A stretch of DNA of 64,000 nt, taken from NCBI RefSeq assembly GCF_006345805.1, contig NC_043011.1, forward strand, positions 48,930,464-48,994,463. Direction: 5' to 3'. This document shows, one piece after another, positions 1-11,818 of this stretch. How positions within the stretch are numbered: position 1 is the stretch's first letter; every line of letters starts with the position of its first letter. The stretch is from Octopus sinensis. Lineage: Eukaryota. The notes under the pieces are model-generated. The model had not been told where the DNA came from and searched no databases. It worked only from the letters and a program-made list of their open reading frames with translations. The position numbers were made by a program, and so were the translations under genes.

Positions 1-27
1 AAACTCCATCAAAAACTAGCAGCCCAC

Positions 28-100
28 GGGCATATGGCATAGTGGATAACAGCGCAGGCTACTAACCCCAAGATTCCGAGTTCAATTCCAGGCAGTGAGC
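28..100 (+). pseudogene. tRNA-like (Ser-related) sequence followed by an (AAT)n tract; SINE or retroposon part, not a functional tRNA
   Basis: A-box TGGCATAGTGG (35-45), GG-CTACTAA-CC anticodon-like loop (59-65), B-box GAGTTCAATTCC (78-89); no acceptor stem; (AAT)n at 103-128. Confidence 0.55.
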
Positions 101-127
101 TGAATAATAATAATAATAATAATAATA

Positions 128-300
128 ATGCAGTACCAGACAGTGGTTCTCATGGCTTCTGATCATAACTGATTGGAAGTTTTATCATGTACATTGTTTT
201 GTCTTGGTATAAAAGATGGGCTACAGCAAATATTTTGCTCAATACCACAAGATTTGCTTGTCAGTTGCTTGACCTTAACCAGTTGAGCATGTCCCAAGGA
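128..300. mobile_element. Family C element, partial copy
   Basis: Matches the start of the complete copy at 40724-41270 (GCAGTACCAG..CTGATTGGAAGT..CAGTTGAGCATGTCCC); begins in (AAT)n. Confidence 0.8.
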
Positions 301-1607
301 TTGCATTGAGCTCCAATGTCTTTCTTGGCGTGGTTTTTACTGCTGGATGCTGTTTCTAATGCCAACCACTGTACAGCATGAACTGGGTGCATTCTTCATG
401 CCATTTGCACCACTGGGATCACAACTTGCATTTTTCAGACCTATGATCCCTCGGAAAGGTAAGGTGTTGGCTTCATGCTAGGGGATGCGGGGACTACTAT
501 AAGAGGTGGGAGAAGAGCAGATTCCTGCAGGATGATCTGCATGGCTACTTACATCTTGTAGGGGAAAAGGTGGGGAGAGAAATCGAAAAAGAATGCCAAT
601 ACAGAGCAAATTCTAGAGGGTTTTAAAACAGCTGAATGAAGATTCTAACACAAGGAGAGTTGATTAAATCCATTCTTTAGTACTGGTTTAAATTAAATTA
701 GGTACTCTCTAGTACTTGATAGGTACTTCATTTTGTCAACCTGCCAGAATGATAGAAAGCAAAATTAACTATAGAAGGATCTGAACTCAGGACATAATGA
801 GATATAATTGAATGCCTCAGAGCTTTTGATTCTATGTTCTACAGATTCTGGTGCATCACTGTTGATGAATAGAATAAAAACTTCGAAGAAGACATCGATG
901 AAAAACAAGAGGTAAAAACGTAAATTTTAACATAGGGAACAATAATGTCAGAATTAAGATAATTTAATAAAATGAACGTAAAAGTGGTAAAAGAGAAAAG
1001 AAATTATTAAAGAACTCTGAGAAACCAGAAAATGAACAGCTTTAAGCTAGAGTTCATAATTTAACTGCAAATATATGGAATGAAAGAGCTAAAGCATGAA
1101 CAAAATAAATTTCTCTCTAACTATTTACAGTGCCCTGCAGTTATTAGGCTGATAAGCTTCTTATTCAAGACTTGCTTTTGTGATTGAGATACAAAGATCA
1201 GAACTCGTTGGTAGATGACCAATGTGGTTTTTACAATTCACTTTGGCACACAGTTTAAAAGCTGGCATCAACAGCAGAATAGGCATTGAAACACGAGTAC
1301 CCTCTCTCTCTTTTCTTCTTTCTTCTCTTCTCACTCTGTCTCCCACATACATTCATGCACACGCATATGAGTCTTTCTAGTTTAGTAAGTGAATTGATCT
1401 GACGTTGTGTGTTAAAGCTGGTGCAGTTATAACATATAATGTCTGTTCTAACCATTTAGTAGTGCTGAGCTATTAAATTTATTTGATAAGCAGTCAAAAG
1501 TTTCGTGATACAACTGCAGCCTGGTAACTTACACAGTTTCATGACAACTGTGTCTGTGACCAGCTTATGGTAGTACAACGAAATGTGTTCTTCCATAATG
1601 TAATTAC

Positions 1608-1645
<38 letters not shown>

Positions 1646-1895
1646 CATATCTTTAGATTTATAAATATATATGTATATATGTGTATATATACATATATAA
1701 TATAAATATAAATATATACATATCATCATCATCATCGTTTAGCATCCGCTTTCCATGCTAGCATCGGTTGGACCATAAATATATATATATTTATATATAT
1801 TATATATATGTATGTGTGTGTGTATACACACACATATATATGTATATTCATTTGTATATATATAAATATATATATATATATACAAACACACACAC

Positions 1896-1945
<50 letters not shown>

Positions 1946-1950
<5 letters not shown>

Positions 1951-2710
1951 GCAATGGGTAAATTGTTGCCATCTAATATTTTTAAATCATGCATGTGCAC
2001 TCTGTTTTTGATTTTATCACCTACAAAGTATAGTAGGGTCAGTTGGGCACTGTCTGTGAGAAAAAAACAGCACCATGATGCAATTCACTCTGCTGTAAAT
2101 TTGGAAACGGCATGCTGTACTGTTTGGCATTCGTGCCAGACACTTCCGTATAAGCATTTCAGTGTTTGGATGTCAATCTGAGCATAGTGCTATCTGAGGA
2201 CCTGTACCAAGAGTGATAAAAATCAAACATCCAGTCAACATCACAATGTTTAGAGTGATCACTAGTGATGGTGATGTTATGCTGCCATTCATCTTGCCAC
2301 ACAGCCTCAGACTTAACATGGAGACCTACATCATGTGTCTGGAGGAGGTACTGCTGCCCTGAATCAACAGGGTGGCTGCTGGAAGAACCTGTATTGCAAC
2401 AGGACTCTGCACCATGCCACTCAAGCAGGAGAACCAACTCATGGCTGTCAGACAATTTCTGTGACCAATCACCCCTAACGTCTGTCCACCTAACTCCCCA
2501 TGATGCAGCCCCCATCATTATTATGCACAGTGTGCAGTTGAGTGAGAGACCAACAAACTCCTTGTAACACCAAAGATGAACTGAAGCCAAAGATTATGGC
2601 AGCATTCACCAGCTTAATCTAGGAGACTGTCCAGAAGAGTTGCAGGAGATTCCAAAGTCGTCTGGAGGCTATGTTTGACGCCAATGGCAATTTTATTGAA
2701 TAAATTTACC
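1946..2710 (+). mobile_element. Tc1/mariner maT (DD37D)-type internally deleted, decayed DNA transposon
   Basis: Left end TA-GGGTGCAATGGGTAAATTG. Frameshifted translation KIKHPVNITMFRVITSDGDVMLPFI..QQDSAPCHSSRRTNSWLSDNFCD..PPNSP..RFQSRLEAMFDANGNFIE*. Homologous to 48509-49057. Confidence 0.85.
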
Positions 2711-2779
2711 GGAATGGCCGCATTCTAAGGACAGAAACAAGTAAAAAATAACAGATAAAAGACATAGATATGTATGTAT

Positions 2780-2960
2780 TCTTTTATTCTTTTACTTGTT
2801 TCAGTCATCTGACTGAGGCCATACTGGAGCACCAGCTTAAAGGGTTTTAGCTGAAGAAATTGACTCCAGGACTTATTCTTCCTAAGCCTTGTACTTATTC
2901 TGATGGCCTCTTTTACTGAACTGCTAAGTTACAGCGATATAAATACATCAATATCAGTTG
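2780..2960 (-). mobile_element. SINE family A, 3' half
   Basis: Reverse complement of the A tail GCTCCAGCATGGCC..GACTGAAACAAGTAAAAG. Confidence 0.8.
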
Positions 2961-2964
2961 AAAA

Positions 2965-3695
2965 ATAAGCATGTGCTTAGGGCACCAAAGGAAGTGGGAG
3001 TACTAAAGAAGTGGTAAATGGTTTACAATACAAAAGAAATCACTTTAAGCTTGCTAAAATATTCAAAGTAGTTCATATGATCGGAAATATAATTTTGAAG
3101 TTCTCATGGTGTCGTAGTGAGGATCTGATCAAAGACTTTGCAATTCAAAAAAGTAGGAGAAAACTTTTCAACCGGGTTCAGTCCCACTGCGTGGCACCTT
3201 GGGCAGGTGTCTTCTACTATAGCCTCGGGCCGACCAAAACCTTGTGAGTGGATTTGGTAGATGAAAACTGAAAGAAGCCCATTGTATATATGTATATATA
3301 TGTATATGCGTGTATGTTTGTGTGTCTGTGTTTGTCCCCCTAGCATTGCTTGACAACCGATGCTAGTGTGTTTACATCACCGTCACTTAGCGGTTCGGCA
3401 AAAGAAACCAATAGAATAAGTACTGGGCTTACAAAGAATAAGTTCCGGGGTCGATCTGCTCGACTAAAGGCGGTGCTCCAGCATGGCTGCAGTCAAATGA
3501 CTGAAACAAGTAAAAGAGTAAAAGAGCGTATACAAAAATAAGCATTATTTGCCATCTTACTGTTTATTTCGTTCCATTTAGAAAAAGAAAAATTTATTTT
3601 ATGGTTTATTATTGTTTATATTTTGAACTATATATGGGGGCACCAAAATCTTTTAAGCACTTAGAGCCTCTCTGGGTGTTAATCCAGCCCTGGAC
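2965..3695. mobile_element. Decayed non-autonomous DNA element, possibly hAT-like, interrupted by a SINE A
   Basis: Right end GGGGCACCAAAATCTT..TTAATCCAGCCCTG recurs at 33785-33845; internal segment 3050-3170 recurs at 32478-32600. Confidence 0.45.
3172..3526 (+). mobile_element. SINE family A (tRNA head + CORE-like domain + (TA/TG)n + 3' module), 5'-truncated
   Basis: GGTTCAGTCCC B-box, CCTTGGGCAGGTGTCTT CORE-like motif, tail GACTGAAACAAGTAAAAGAG. Confidence 0.9.
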
Positions 3696-4149
3696 CTATG
3701 GGTTCATTTCATGTTCTTTGCAATGCTAGCAATGGCTCACTGGTGCCAAGCTGCACAGACTGAAGTTATTTTCCTTCTTAAATAAAAACCAGTGACACTA
3801 AGATTAGAGACCTGCACACATGAACACCTGTTAGTATTCTTCATGAATAACCATTCCCTGGCTTGCATATACATGTCCAGCAGAAAGGTCAACATTGAAT
3901 GAGGGAGAACCTGCCTTCTACAAGATATTTTCGGAAATTTTTCATGGAGTTCATTCAAAGGGAATTACACATGAGTAATTTGTTGTTCTGGGAAATTTTA
4001 TTTCAGAATTAATTTTATTTATTTATATGCCAAAACAGATGCAGAAGTCTGGTGCAGGCTTCTGCTTGGCCAGTTCCTGTCAAATTGTCCCATCCCTACC
4101 AGCATAGAAGTCAGACGTTAAAAGATGATGATGGTGATAATGATGATGA

Positions 4150-4972
4150 TAATGATGATGGTACACACATATATACACAGACGTACATTCACACATATAA
4201 GTGCATACATGCAGACATACTCTCGTACATAAGTGCAGGTGCAGTCATATAGGCATGCACACGCATATGCACAAACACACATGCATATGTGCACACATCG
4301 CACACACATACATATGTGTGTGGGGGTGTGAAGTGGATTTGATTGTAAATAAGACTTCATATGTAAAAATATGTTTGTGTATTTTACAGACACAAATGCA
4401 CACATGCACTATAGTGTGCTTTTACATAAGTGAATATTTTCTCACACATACTCACACATGTACACATAAATATATACATACATATACACATATGTATATA
4501 TATGTGTATAAATTGGAATTCATTGTAAATCAAACTCCATATGTAGAAATACATTAGTGTATATTACACACACACACAAACACACACAACACACATACGG
4601 TCGTGTACTTTTACATAAGTTAATATTTTCATACATACACATGCATATTTTCATACATACACACACACACAAACAGACACATACACACACAAACACACAC
4701 AGATAGACACATAAACACACAGACACACACACAGGCACACACACATACATGTATTCATACACATATACACATACACGTATTCATACACATACACACACAC
4801 ATACACACACACATGCACGTACTCATACACATACACAGACACATAAACACACACAGACACAGACACATACAGACACAGACAGACACATACACACACATGC
4901 ACACACATGCACACACACACGCATACACACACACGATTTTACATAATTGAATGTTATCACATGCACGCTTTT

Positions 4973-5009
<37 letters not shown>

Positions 5010-5030
5010 TGAAGTAACACATACATATGT
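4150..5030. repeat. (CA)n/(CATA)n compound microsatellite
   Basis: Direct reading. Confidence 0.95.
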
Positions 5031-5174
5031 GTAGTCTATTCTTCCGACTGTCCTTTTATATTAAATACGTTTTCTGATCTTTGACCTCTTGACCATAAAG
5101 GTTAATAGTTATTCTTCCTATTATCTTATACCTCCAGTCTATAAATGACCCGTCTATTTGAAATAATATTAGTT

Positions 5175-6070
5175 ATAGTGGAGGTAGTGATGGTGGTGGT
5201 GGTGGTGGTGGTGGCAATGGTATTATTGTCGTGGTGGTGGTCATGGGAGTGATAATGATGGAATTAATGAGTAGTTTTGGTGGCAGTGAAGATGATAGTA
5301 ATATTAGGTGGAGTGGTGGTTGTAGTAGAGGTGGTGGTAGTAGTAGTAGATGTGGAAGTAGTAACAAAGATGTAGTAGTAGTAGTAGTAGGTCTCATAAT
5401 ATAGTGTTGGTAGTACTAGTAGTCATAGTAGTTTTCGTGGTAGCGTTGGTGGTAGTTGTCTTTGTGGTGGTTGCAGTAGTAGTTGTGTTGGCCAGGTGTG
5501 ATTGAGGTGGTGGTTATGGTCGTTATGGTGGTAGTGGTGGTGGTTGCAGAGATGATGGGTGTAGCAGTTTTAGTTGTGGTGGTGGTTGTAGTTACAGTGG
5601 TGGTAGTGGTTAGGGAGGTAGCTGAGCTGAAGGTGGTGGTTGTGGTGGCTGTGGCCATGGTGGTGGTTTCGGTTGTAGTGTTTTCATTTGTGATGATGGT
5701 TGTGATGGTGGTGATGGATTGGGTTGTAGTGGTGGTAGTGGTTGTGCTGGCAATGGAGTTGGTGGAGGTGGCAGAGCTGATGGTTGTGGTAGCTGCAGCT
5801 GTGGTGGTGGTGGTTTTGGTTGTAGTGTTTTCATTTGTGATGATGGTTGTGGTTGTGGTGATGGTTGGGGTGATGGTTGTGGTGGTGGTGATGGTTTGGG
5901 TTGTAGTATTGGTAGCGGTTGTGCTAGCGATAGAGGTGGTGAAGGTGGCAGAGCTGATGGTTGTGGTGGCTGAAGCTGTGGTGGTGGCTTTTGGTTGTAG
6001 TAGTTTCATTTGTGGTTGTAATGGTTGTTGGAGTGGTGGGGGCTGGTGGTGGTGATCGTTGTGGTGGTCA
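5175..6070. repeat. GGT/GTA/GAT complex trinucleotide repeat with about three higher-order units of 150-180 bp
   Basis: Recurring GTAGTGTTTTCATTTGTG (about 5675, 5822, 5998) and GAGCTGATGGTTGTGGT; Thr-rich minus-strand ORF. Confidence 0.85.
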
Positions 6071-6482
6071 TGTGGAGCCAGCATGAATAGTAAGAGTAGC
6101 CAGGCCAGCGTTAAGTGCCAGCAATATATTGATTAATCTGATACAATGTCCAATCAGACGTAATTGTAAACCTTGGTGAAAGCTGAAACTACTGACATCA
6201 CCCAAGGCCATGGGTCACTAATTTCATGATAACAATGTATTGGGTCAGGGTTTCAATTCCAGCACTCCACCCATCTCATACACATCTCTTTTATATCTCT
6301 GGTAAAGTATGCTTGTAACATTCGACTTTCCATGCCACCTTTATCTGTCTGTTTGAGTGTGTGTCAGTGTCTCTGTGTGTGTGTATGTGCACATGTGTGT
6401 GTGTTTTTGTGTCAGTGTGTGTTTGTGTGTGTATACACAGAGTAATAGAAAGAGCATCCAACCACAAAAGCATGCTACAAAT

Positions 6483-6645
6483 CCCCTATTTTAACGTGTA
6501 TAAGGAACCCGTTTTTGTCAAAAATTAGGTGAAAAAATATGGGAGTTTCTTATACATGGATTGTATTATAATCCGTTACAAAACTTTTTTTCCAGATTTT
6601 AAGCACCTAAATTAAAGGGTTTCTTATACATGCTAAAATACCGTA
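6483..6645. mobile_element. MITE with about 25 bp imperfect TIRs (pogo/Tc-like)
   Basis: Left CCTATTTTAACGTGTATAAGGAACCC versus reverse complement of the right end TACGGTATTTTAGCATGTATAAGAAACCC. Confidence 0.65.
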
Positions 6646-6667
6646 TGTCCCTATGTAATCCATACAA

Positions 6668-7440
6668 ACATGGGTGTTTCATTCAACATCTTTAAACAAC
6701 CCTTATTCAGGGACCTTTTGGATGGCATGGGCTAACTCGACCTGAAGAAATTTTATCTGGGCCCCCACCTGCAAGGTCATACACTGACTATCTCAATATG
6801 AGATCACCATGTCGTGCACGTATGGTTGTGATGCATGTCCTTTACGTACCCTTATCAGACAGGTAGTCATGATGAGTATACTGGGCTTCGTATATTTGTA
6901 CCCCAGTGTCACTTTGATGGCATGCACTGCTCTCTCACTCAATAATAATAATAATACTGATAATAATAATAATAACAATAATAATAACAAATATTCTGCT
7001 CAATACCACAGATTTGCTTGTCAGTTGTTTGACCTTAACCAGTTGAGTATGTCCCTTAGTGGCTGACGATATGTGCATCTCTGATCCCGAGCAGAAATAG
7101 TGGGGGAGCATCATAGCCATGTGTTGAGAGGAATTATTTGGGATTTGGATAAATCACCTCTGGAAAAATAGGTGTTTCATTCAACATCCTTAAACAACCC
7201 TTATTCAGGGACCTTTTGAGTGGGATGGGCTATTCGACCAGAAGAAAATTCTAACTGAGCCCCTCTTGTGAGGTCATGCGCTGTTTATCTTGATATGAGA
7301 TCATCATGTCGCGCACACATGGTTGTGATGCACGTGCCTAGTGTATCCTTATCAGATGAGTAGTCATGATGGATATGCTGGGCTTCGTATATTTTACCCC
7401 AGTGTCACTTTGATGGCATGCACTGCTCTCTAACTCAATA
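6668..7440. mobile_element. Two tandem family C copies (6668-6950, 6988-7440) joined by (AAT)n
   Basis: Both end GCATGCACTGCTCTCT(C/A)ACTCAATAATAAT and match 40724-41270. Confidence 0.9.
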
Positions 7441-8219
7441 ATAATAATGGTAGTCTCTCAAGACGAAGAAGGTAATTCTGAAATTTCTTGGTGAATAACC
7501 TGTGCAAATGATTTGTTTATAAGAGATCAAATGATTGTGATGTACATTAGTTCATTCTCTCTATCAAATCAGTATCATGTGTACAGGTGAATGGTGTGCT
7601 ACACATCAGATGCTGAAGTGATTGCAGGCAATGCCCTTCCAGGTCCAGAAACAAACCAAAGGTCTCATGAGACAATATAAGGAAAGAGAGATGTTAAGAA
7701 AAATGAGTCACTTGGGCAAGGAAGTTGTAGAGGAGAGAGTGATAGAAGAGAGATAGTGATGGCAGCCACATTGATGGTAGCTACATGCTTGTTGTCAAGA
7801 GAGAGAGAAAGCAAGTAATAGTTACTAATAATGATGGTAAGAGAGACATACTGATACTAACAATGTGAAACCACAGGAGAGGTATTAACACCAAGAAATA
7901 CAGGAAAATAATGGTTGACTATATCGAATGTGATAGAGGTGATACAAACCTTTATTACCCATGAGCCCTGATGAAAGAAATTTGGAAGGATAAAAGTGAA
8001 AGTAGGAATGAATAAGGATGGACCCACACCTTCCTTCCATAATGCAGGGAAGCATGGTACAATGATTAGGAGAGAGAGAGAGAGAGAGAGAAGAGAAGTG
8101 ACTAAAGAGAAACAGGGAACATTGATGGAGATTCAACAAGAATATGATGAAGAAGAGATCCAAATTCAGGTATATTATACATTCCAGCTCACATCCTTAG
8201 AACTATTTTAATATCAGGT

Positions 8220-8501
8220 TTCTCTTTTTATCTTTTATCTTTTCAGTATTACACTGTGGCCATGCTGGGGCAACACCTTGGAGAAGTTGTAGTCAAATGA
8301 ATTGACACCAGTGCTTTTTTCTTTTTCTAAGATAGGCACTTCTTATGTTTTTGGTCTCTTTTGCTGAACTGCTAAGTGAATAGGATGTAACGAACTAACT
8401 AACACCAGTTGCCATGTAGTGGTTAGAAACCGATACAGACACAATGTGAATTTTTAATTATTTTCTGAGATTTTACAAAAACAACAAAAATATAAATATA
8501 A

Positions 8502-8545
<44 letters not shown>

Positions 8546-8929
8546 CATTTGCTTGTTTCAGTCATCAGATGGCGCCTATGCTGAAGCAGCACCTTGAAGA
8601 ATTTTTAGTCAAATGACTCAATCCCAGTAATTGTTTGTTAAGCCTGTACTTATTCCATCAGTCTTTTTGCTAAACTACTAAGTTATGGGGACATAAACAC
8701 ACCAACACTGGTTGTCAAGTGGTGATGGTGGACAAACACTGACACAAAAGACACACTAATATATATATATATGACAGACTTCTTTCACTTTCCATCTACC
8801 AAATCCATTCGCAAATCTTATGTCAGCCTAAGGTTATGGCAGAAGACACTTTTCCAAGGTGCCACACAGTGGGACTGAACCTGGAACCACATGATTGAGA
8901 AGCAAGCTTCTTACCATATAGCCACACTC
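8220..8929 (-). mobile_element. Two diverged SINE A copies (8220-8445 3' half; 8546-8929 near full length)
   Basis: Reverse-complement matches to the A tail, CORE-like domain and head. Confidence 0.8.
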
Positions 8930-9043
8930 ATGCATATATATACACACACACACACACACAACAGGCTTCTTTCAGTTTCCATCTCCCAAATCCACTTCCA
9001 GAGTCATGTGACTGAGAAGCAACCTTCTTACCACACAGCCACA

Positions 9044-9080
<37 letters not shown>

Positions 9081-9082
<2 letters not shown>

Positions 9083-9258
9083 TTAATCCAAACAAGAAAG
9101 CACAAAAAAAACACAACAACACGAGGATGTGGAACAAATATAGTATTATTGGACGCTCAGGAAAGAAGGAGGGTTTAACGTTTCGAGCGGAGCTCTTCGT
9201 TGGAAACATAGGAGAAGGAAAGATCCAGAGAAGGGAAGGCAGAGGAAAAAAATCGCCA

Positions 9259-9260
<2 letters not shown>
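9081..9260 (-). mobile_element. Short PLE-terminus-like element flanked by (TA)n on both sides, with a degenerate HHR (9173-9207)
   Basis: Minus strand GTTT-CCAACGA-A-GAGC-tcc-GCTC-GAA-ACGT-T-AAAC. Confidence 0.55.
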
Positions 9261-9279
<19 letters not shown>

Positions 9280-9289
<10 letters not shown>

Positions 9290-9415
9290 ACAGGTTTCTT
9301 TCAGTTTCCATCTACCAAATCCTCTCAAAAAGCTTTAGTCAGCCCTAGGTTATAGCGGAAGACACTTGGATAAGATGCCATGCAGTGGGGCAGCAATCTT
9401 CTTACCACGCAGCCA
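9280..9415 (-). mobile_element. SINE A head/CORE fragment
   Basis: TTTCTTTCAGTTTCCATCTACCAAAT..GACACTTG..CTTACCACGCAGCC. Confidence 0.75.
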
Positions 9416-9424
9416 GACCAGATC

Positions 9425-9680
9425 ACAAAAGGGACAGAACTTCTTCAGTAAGACAAGCTAACAAGTCATAACTGCACATTGTCATCTCCTTTGTGAGGCT
9501 CAGCATCTTGACGTCCCTTTTTCCCATGTCTTCTTGCATCAACATCTTCTACAAGTTTAATGACTTCTGTATATGACAGGAAGCTTCTATGTGCATCGTA
9601 TTTCCATTCCAGCTCACAGTTTCCTCTCTTGCATACCAAATACCGTATGTCTTATATCCAAGTTTTCTCTGAACCCATTT
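9425..9680 (-). mobile_element. RTE-clade LINE ORF2 C-terminal remnant
   Basis: Decayed translation RENLDIRHTVFGMQERKL*..KKTWEK..LSLTKEMT, matching the RTE pattern QERRLRW..GRPRKTW..LGLTEEMT. Confidence 0.55.
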
Positions 9681-9734
9681 GTGTCCTGATATCCATACAT
9701 ATAAGTATGTGTATGTGCATTCATAAATACATTC

Positions 9735-10292
9735 CTTCTTTGCTTCTTTCCTTCCTTCCTTCCTTCCTTCCTTCCTTCCTACCTACCTAACTACCTACCT
9801 ACCTACCTACCTTCCTACCTACCTACCTACCTACCTACCTTCCTACCTACCTACCCACCTACCTACCTACCTACCTACCTACCTACCTACATACATACAT
9901 ACCTACCTACCAACCTACCTACCTACCTACCTACCTACCTTCCTACCTACCTGCCTACCTAACTACCTACCTACCTTACTACCTACATACATACCTACAT
10001 ACATACATACCTACCTATTAACCTACCTACCTACCTACCTACCTACCTACATACATACCTACCTACCTACTTACCTACCTACCTACCTACCTACCTACCT
10101 ACTTACCTACCATCCTACATACCTACCTACCTACATACCTACCTACCTACCTACCTACCTACATACATACCTACCTACATACCTACATACATACTTACAT
10201 ACATATCTACATACCAACATACATATCTACATACCTCCATCCATCCATCCATCCATCCATCCATCCATCCATACATACATACATACATACAT
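9735..10292. repeat. (CCTT)n-(CCTA)n-(CATA)n-(CCAT)n tetranucleotide array
   Basis: Direct reading. Confidence 0.95.
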
Positions 10293-10532
10293 ATATCGTT
10301 TGTAGAAATAAAAAATTCCGGAGGAGAAGTTCACTCCAAAATGTAAAGCAGTTAATATTATAGTGGTGTAGGCCCATAAACCGGCCTACCCCACTATAAT
10401 ATGCATACATACATACACATATATATATATATATATATATGTGCATGCAGGCATACATTCACACACATGTGTGAGTGCTTCTAAATAGCATCGTCATTTC
10501 AATAATCATTTATGTGTATTCTCTTAATGCTA

Positions 10533-10830
10533 TGCCTGGGGAGAGTCATTTCCTTATAATTTAAGACACTCACTGGTAAAATTACCATTTATTTCTTATT
10601 TTCATTTTCCTAAAATTTTCATTGCTTCTTGCAACCTTTTCAATAGTCTTGACTCTGAAAAGGTTGCAAGGAAATAAATATAAGAAATAAATTGAAATTT
10701 CACCGGTGAGTGTGTTAAATTATAAGGCACAAAAGGGAAATGACTCTCCCCAGACACAACAGAATATGCTTCAACACACGAATTCACATAAAGAATCTTG
10801 CAAAGCAAATCCAAAATCGAAATATAATAT
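10533..10830. mobile_element. Fold-back element (imperfect inverted repeat 10533-10756), PLE-terminus-like
   Basis: Arms TGCCTGGGGAGAGTCATTTCC.. and ..GGAAATGACTCTCCCCAGACA; core stem CTTGCAACCTTTTCA/TGAAAAGGTTGCAAG; the 3' extension TTCAACACACGA-TTCACATAAA-AATCTTGCA is shared with 57957-57997. Confidence 0.7.
10610..10646 (-). ncRNA. Minimal hammerhead-like motif, U3-A8 core variant with an extra nucleotide after A9
   Basis: CTA-TTGAAAA-G-GTTGC-aagaa-GCAAT-GAA-AATT-T-TAG. Confidence 0.45.
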
Positions 10831-10939
10831 GCTCTTAAAGTTACATAATTGGCAATTAGCAATTAAGTAAAAGAATGTAAGAGAAAATAAATAAAACAAA
10901 AGGTAGAGGAATTATACATGTTTTCTGATCATATACATA

Positions 10940-11399
10940 TTCTTTTGTTCTTTTATGCCTTCATTTGTTTCAGGCATTTGACTGTGGCCATGCTGGAGCA
11001 CCACCTTTTAGTAGAACAAATCGACACCGGGATTTATTCTTTGTAAGCCTAGTACTTATTCTATCAGTCTCTTTTGTTGAACTACTAAGTTATGGGAATG
11101 TAAACATAGCAACATCGGTTGTCAGGTGATGGTGGGAAAACAAACACAGACACACAAATACACACAAATGCATGGTGCTCCAGCATGGCCGCAGTCAAAA
11201 TGACTGAAACAAGTAAAAGAGTATATAAACACATTTATATGATCGGCTTCTTTCAGTTTCTGTCAATCAAAAGCCACCCACAAGGATTTGGTTGGCCCAA
11301 GGCTATAGTAGAAGACTCTTGCCCAAGGTGCCATGCAGTGGGACTGAACATGGAGCCACGTGGTTGAAAAGCAGGCTTCATACCACACAGCCACTCCTG
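10940..11399 (-). mobile_element. SINE A (3' half 10940-11160, head 11230-11399) with an inverted A-tail piece at 11168-11220
   Basis: Reverse-complement matches to family A modules. Confidence 0.8.
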
Positions 11400-11401
11400 T
11401 G

Positions 11402-11582
11402 CCATCATCACCATCATCATTTAACATCTGTTATTCATGCTGTCTATGGGTCGGACCGCTCGACCAGGGCTGGCAAGCTGGAAGGCTGTGCGAGAGGCTA
11501 GTCTGATCTGGCATGATTTTCTACAGATTAATGCCCTTCCTAATGCCAACCACTCTGAGAGTGTAACGGGTGCTTTTACATA
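11402..11582 (-). mobile_element. Family E 3' module with (GAT)n tail
   Basis: GCCCTTCCTAATGCCAACCACTC motif; CATCATCAT-TTAAC tail. Confidence 0.8.
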
Positions 11583-11818
11583 CCTATTTCTTTATTGCCC
11601 ACAAGGGGCTAAACACAGAGAGGATAAACAAGGACAGACAAACGGATTAAGTCAATTATATCGACCCCAGTGTGTAACTGGTACTTATTTAATCGACCTC
11701 GAAAGGATAAAAGGCAAAGTCGACCTTGGCGGAATTTGAACCCAGAACGTACCGGCAGACGAAATACCACTAAGCATTTCGCCCGGCGTGCTAACGATTC
11801 TGCCAGCTCGCCGCCTTA
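11583..11818 (-). mobile_element. SINE family B, full length, tail type 1
   Basis: Head GGCGGCGAGCTGGCAGAATCGTTAGCAC, B-box-like GGGTTCAAATTC, central CCTTT..GGTCGATTAAATAAGTACCAG, tail CCCCTTGTGGGCAATAAAGAAATAG. Confidence 0.9.

Noticed and set aside
845-911. AG/GT-bounded 67-nt exon candidate (SGASLLMNRIKTSKK..)
   Set aside because: The acceptor lies within a decayed B SINE and the peptide is unrecognised.
8114-8169. EIQQEYDEEEIQIQ|GT exon candidate
   Set aside because: The upstream sequence is purine-rich with no polypyrimidine tract.
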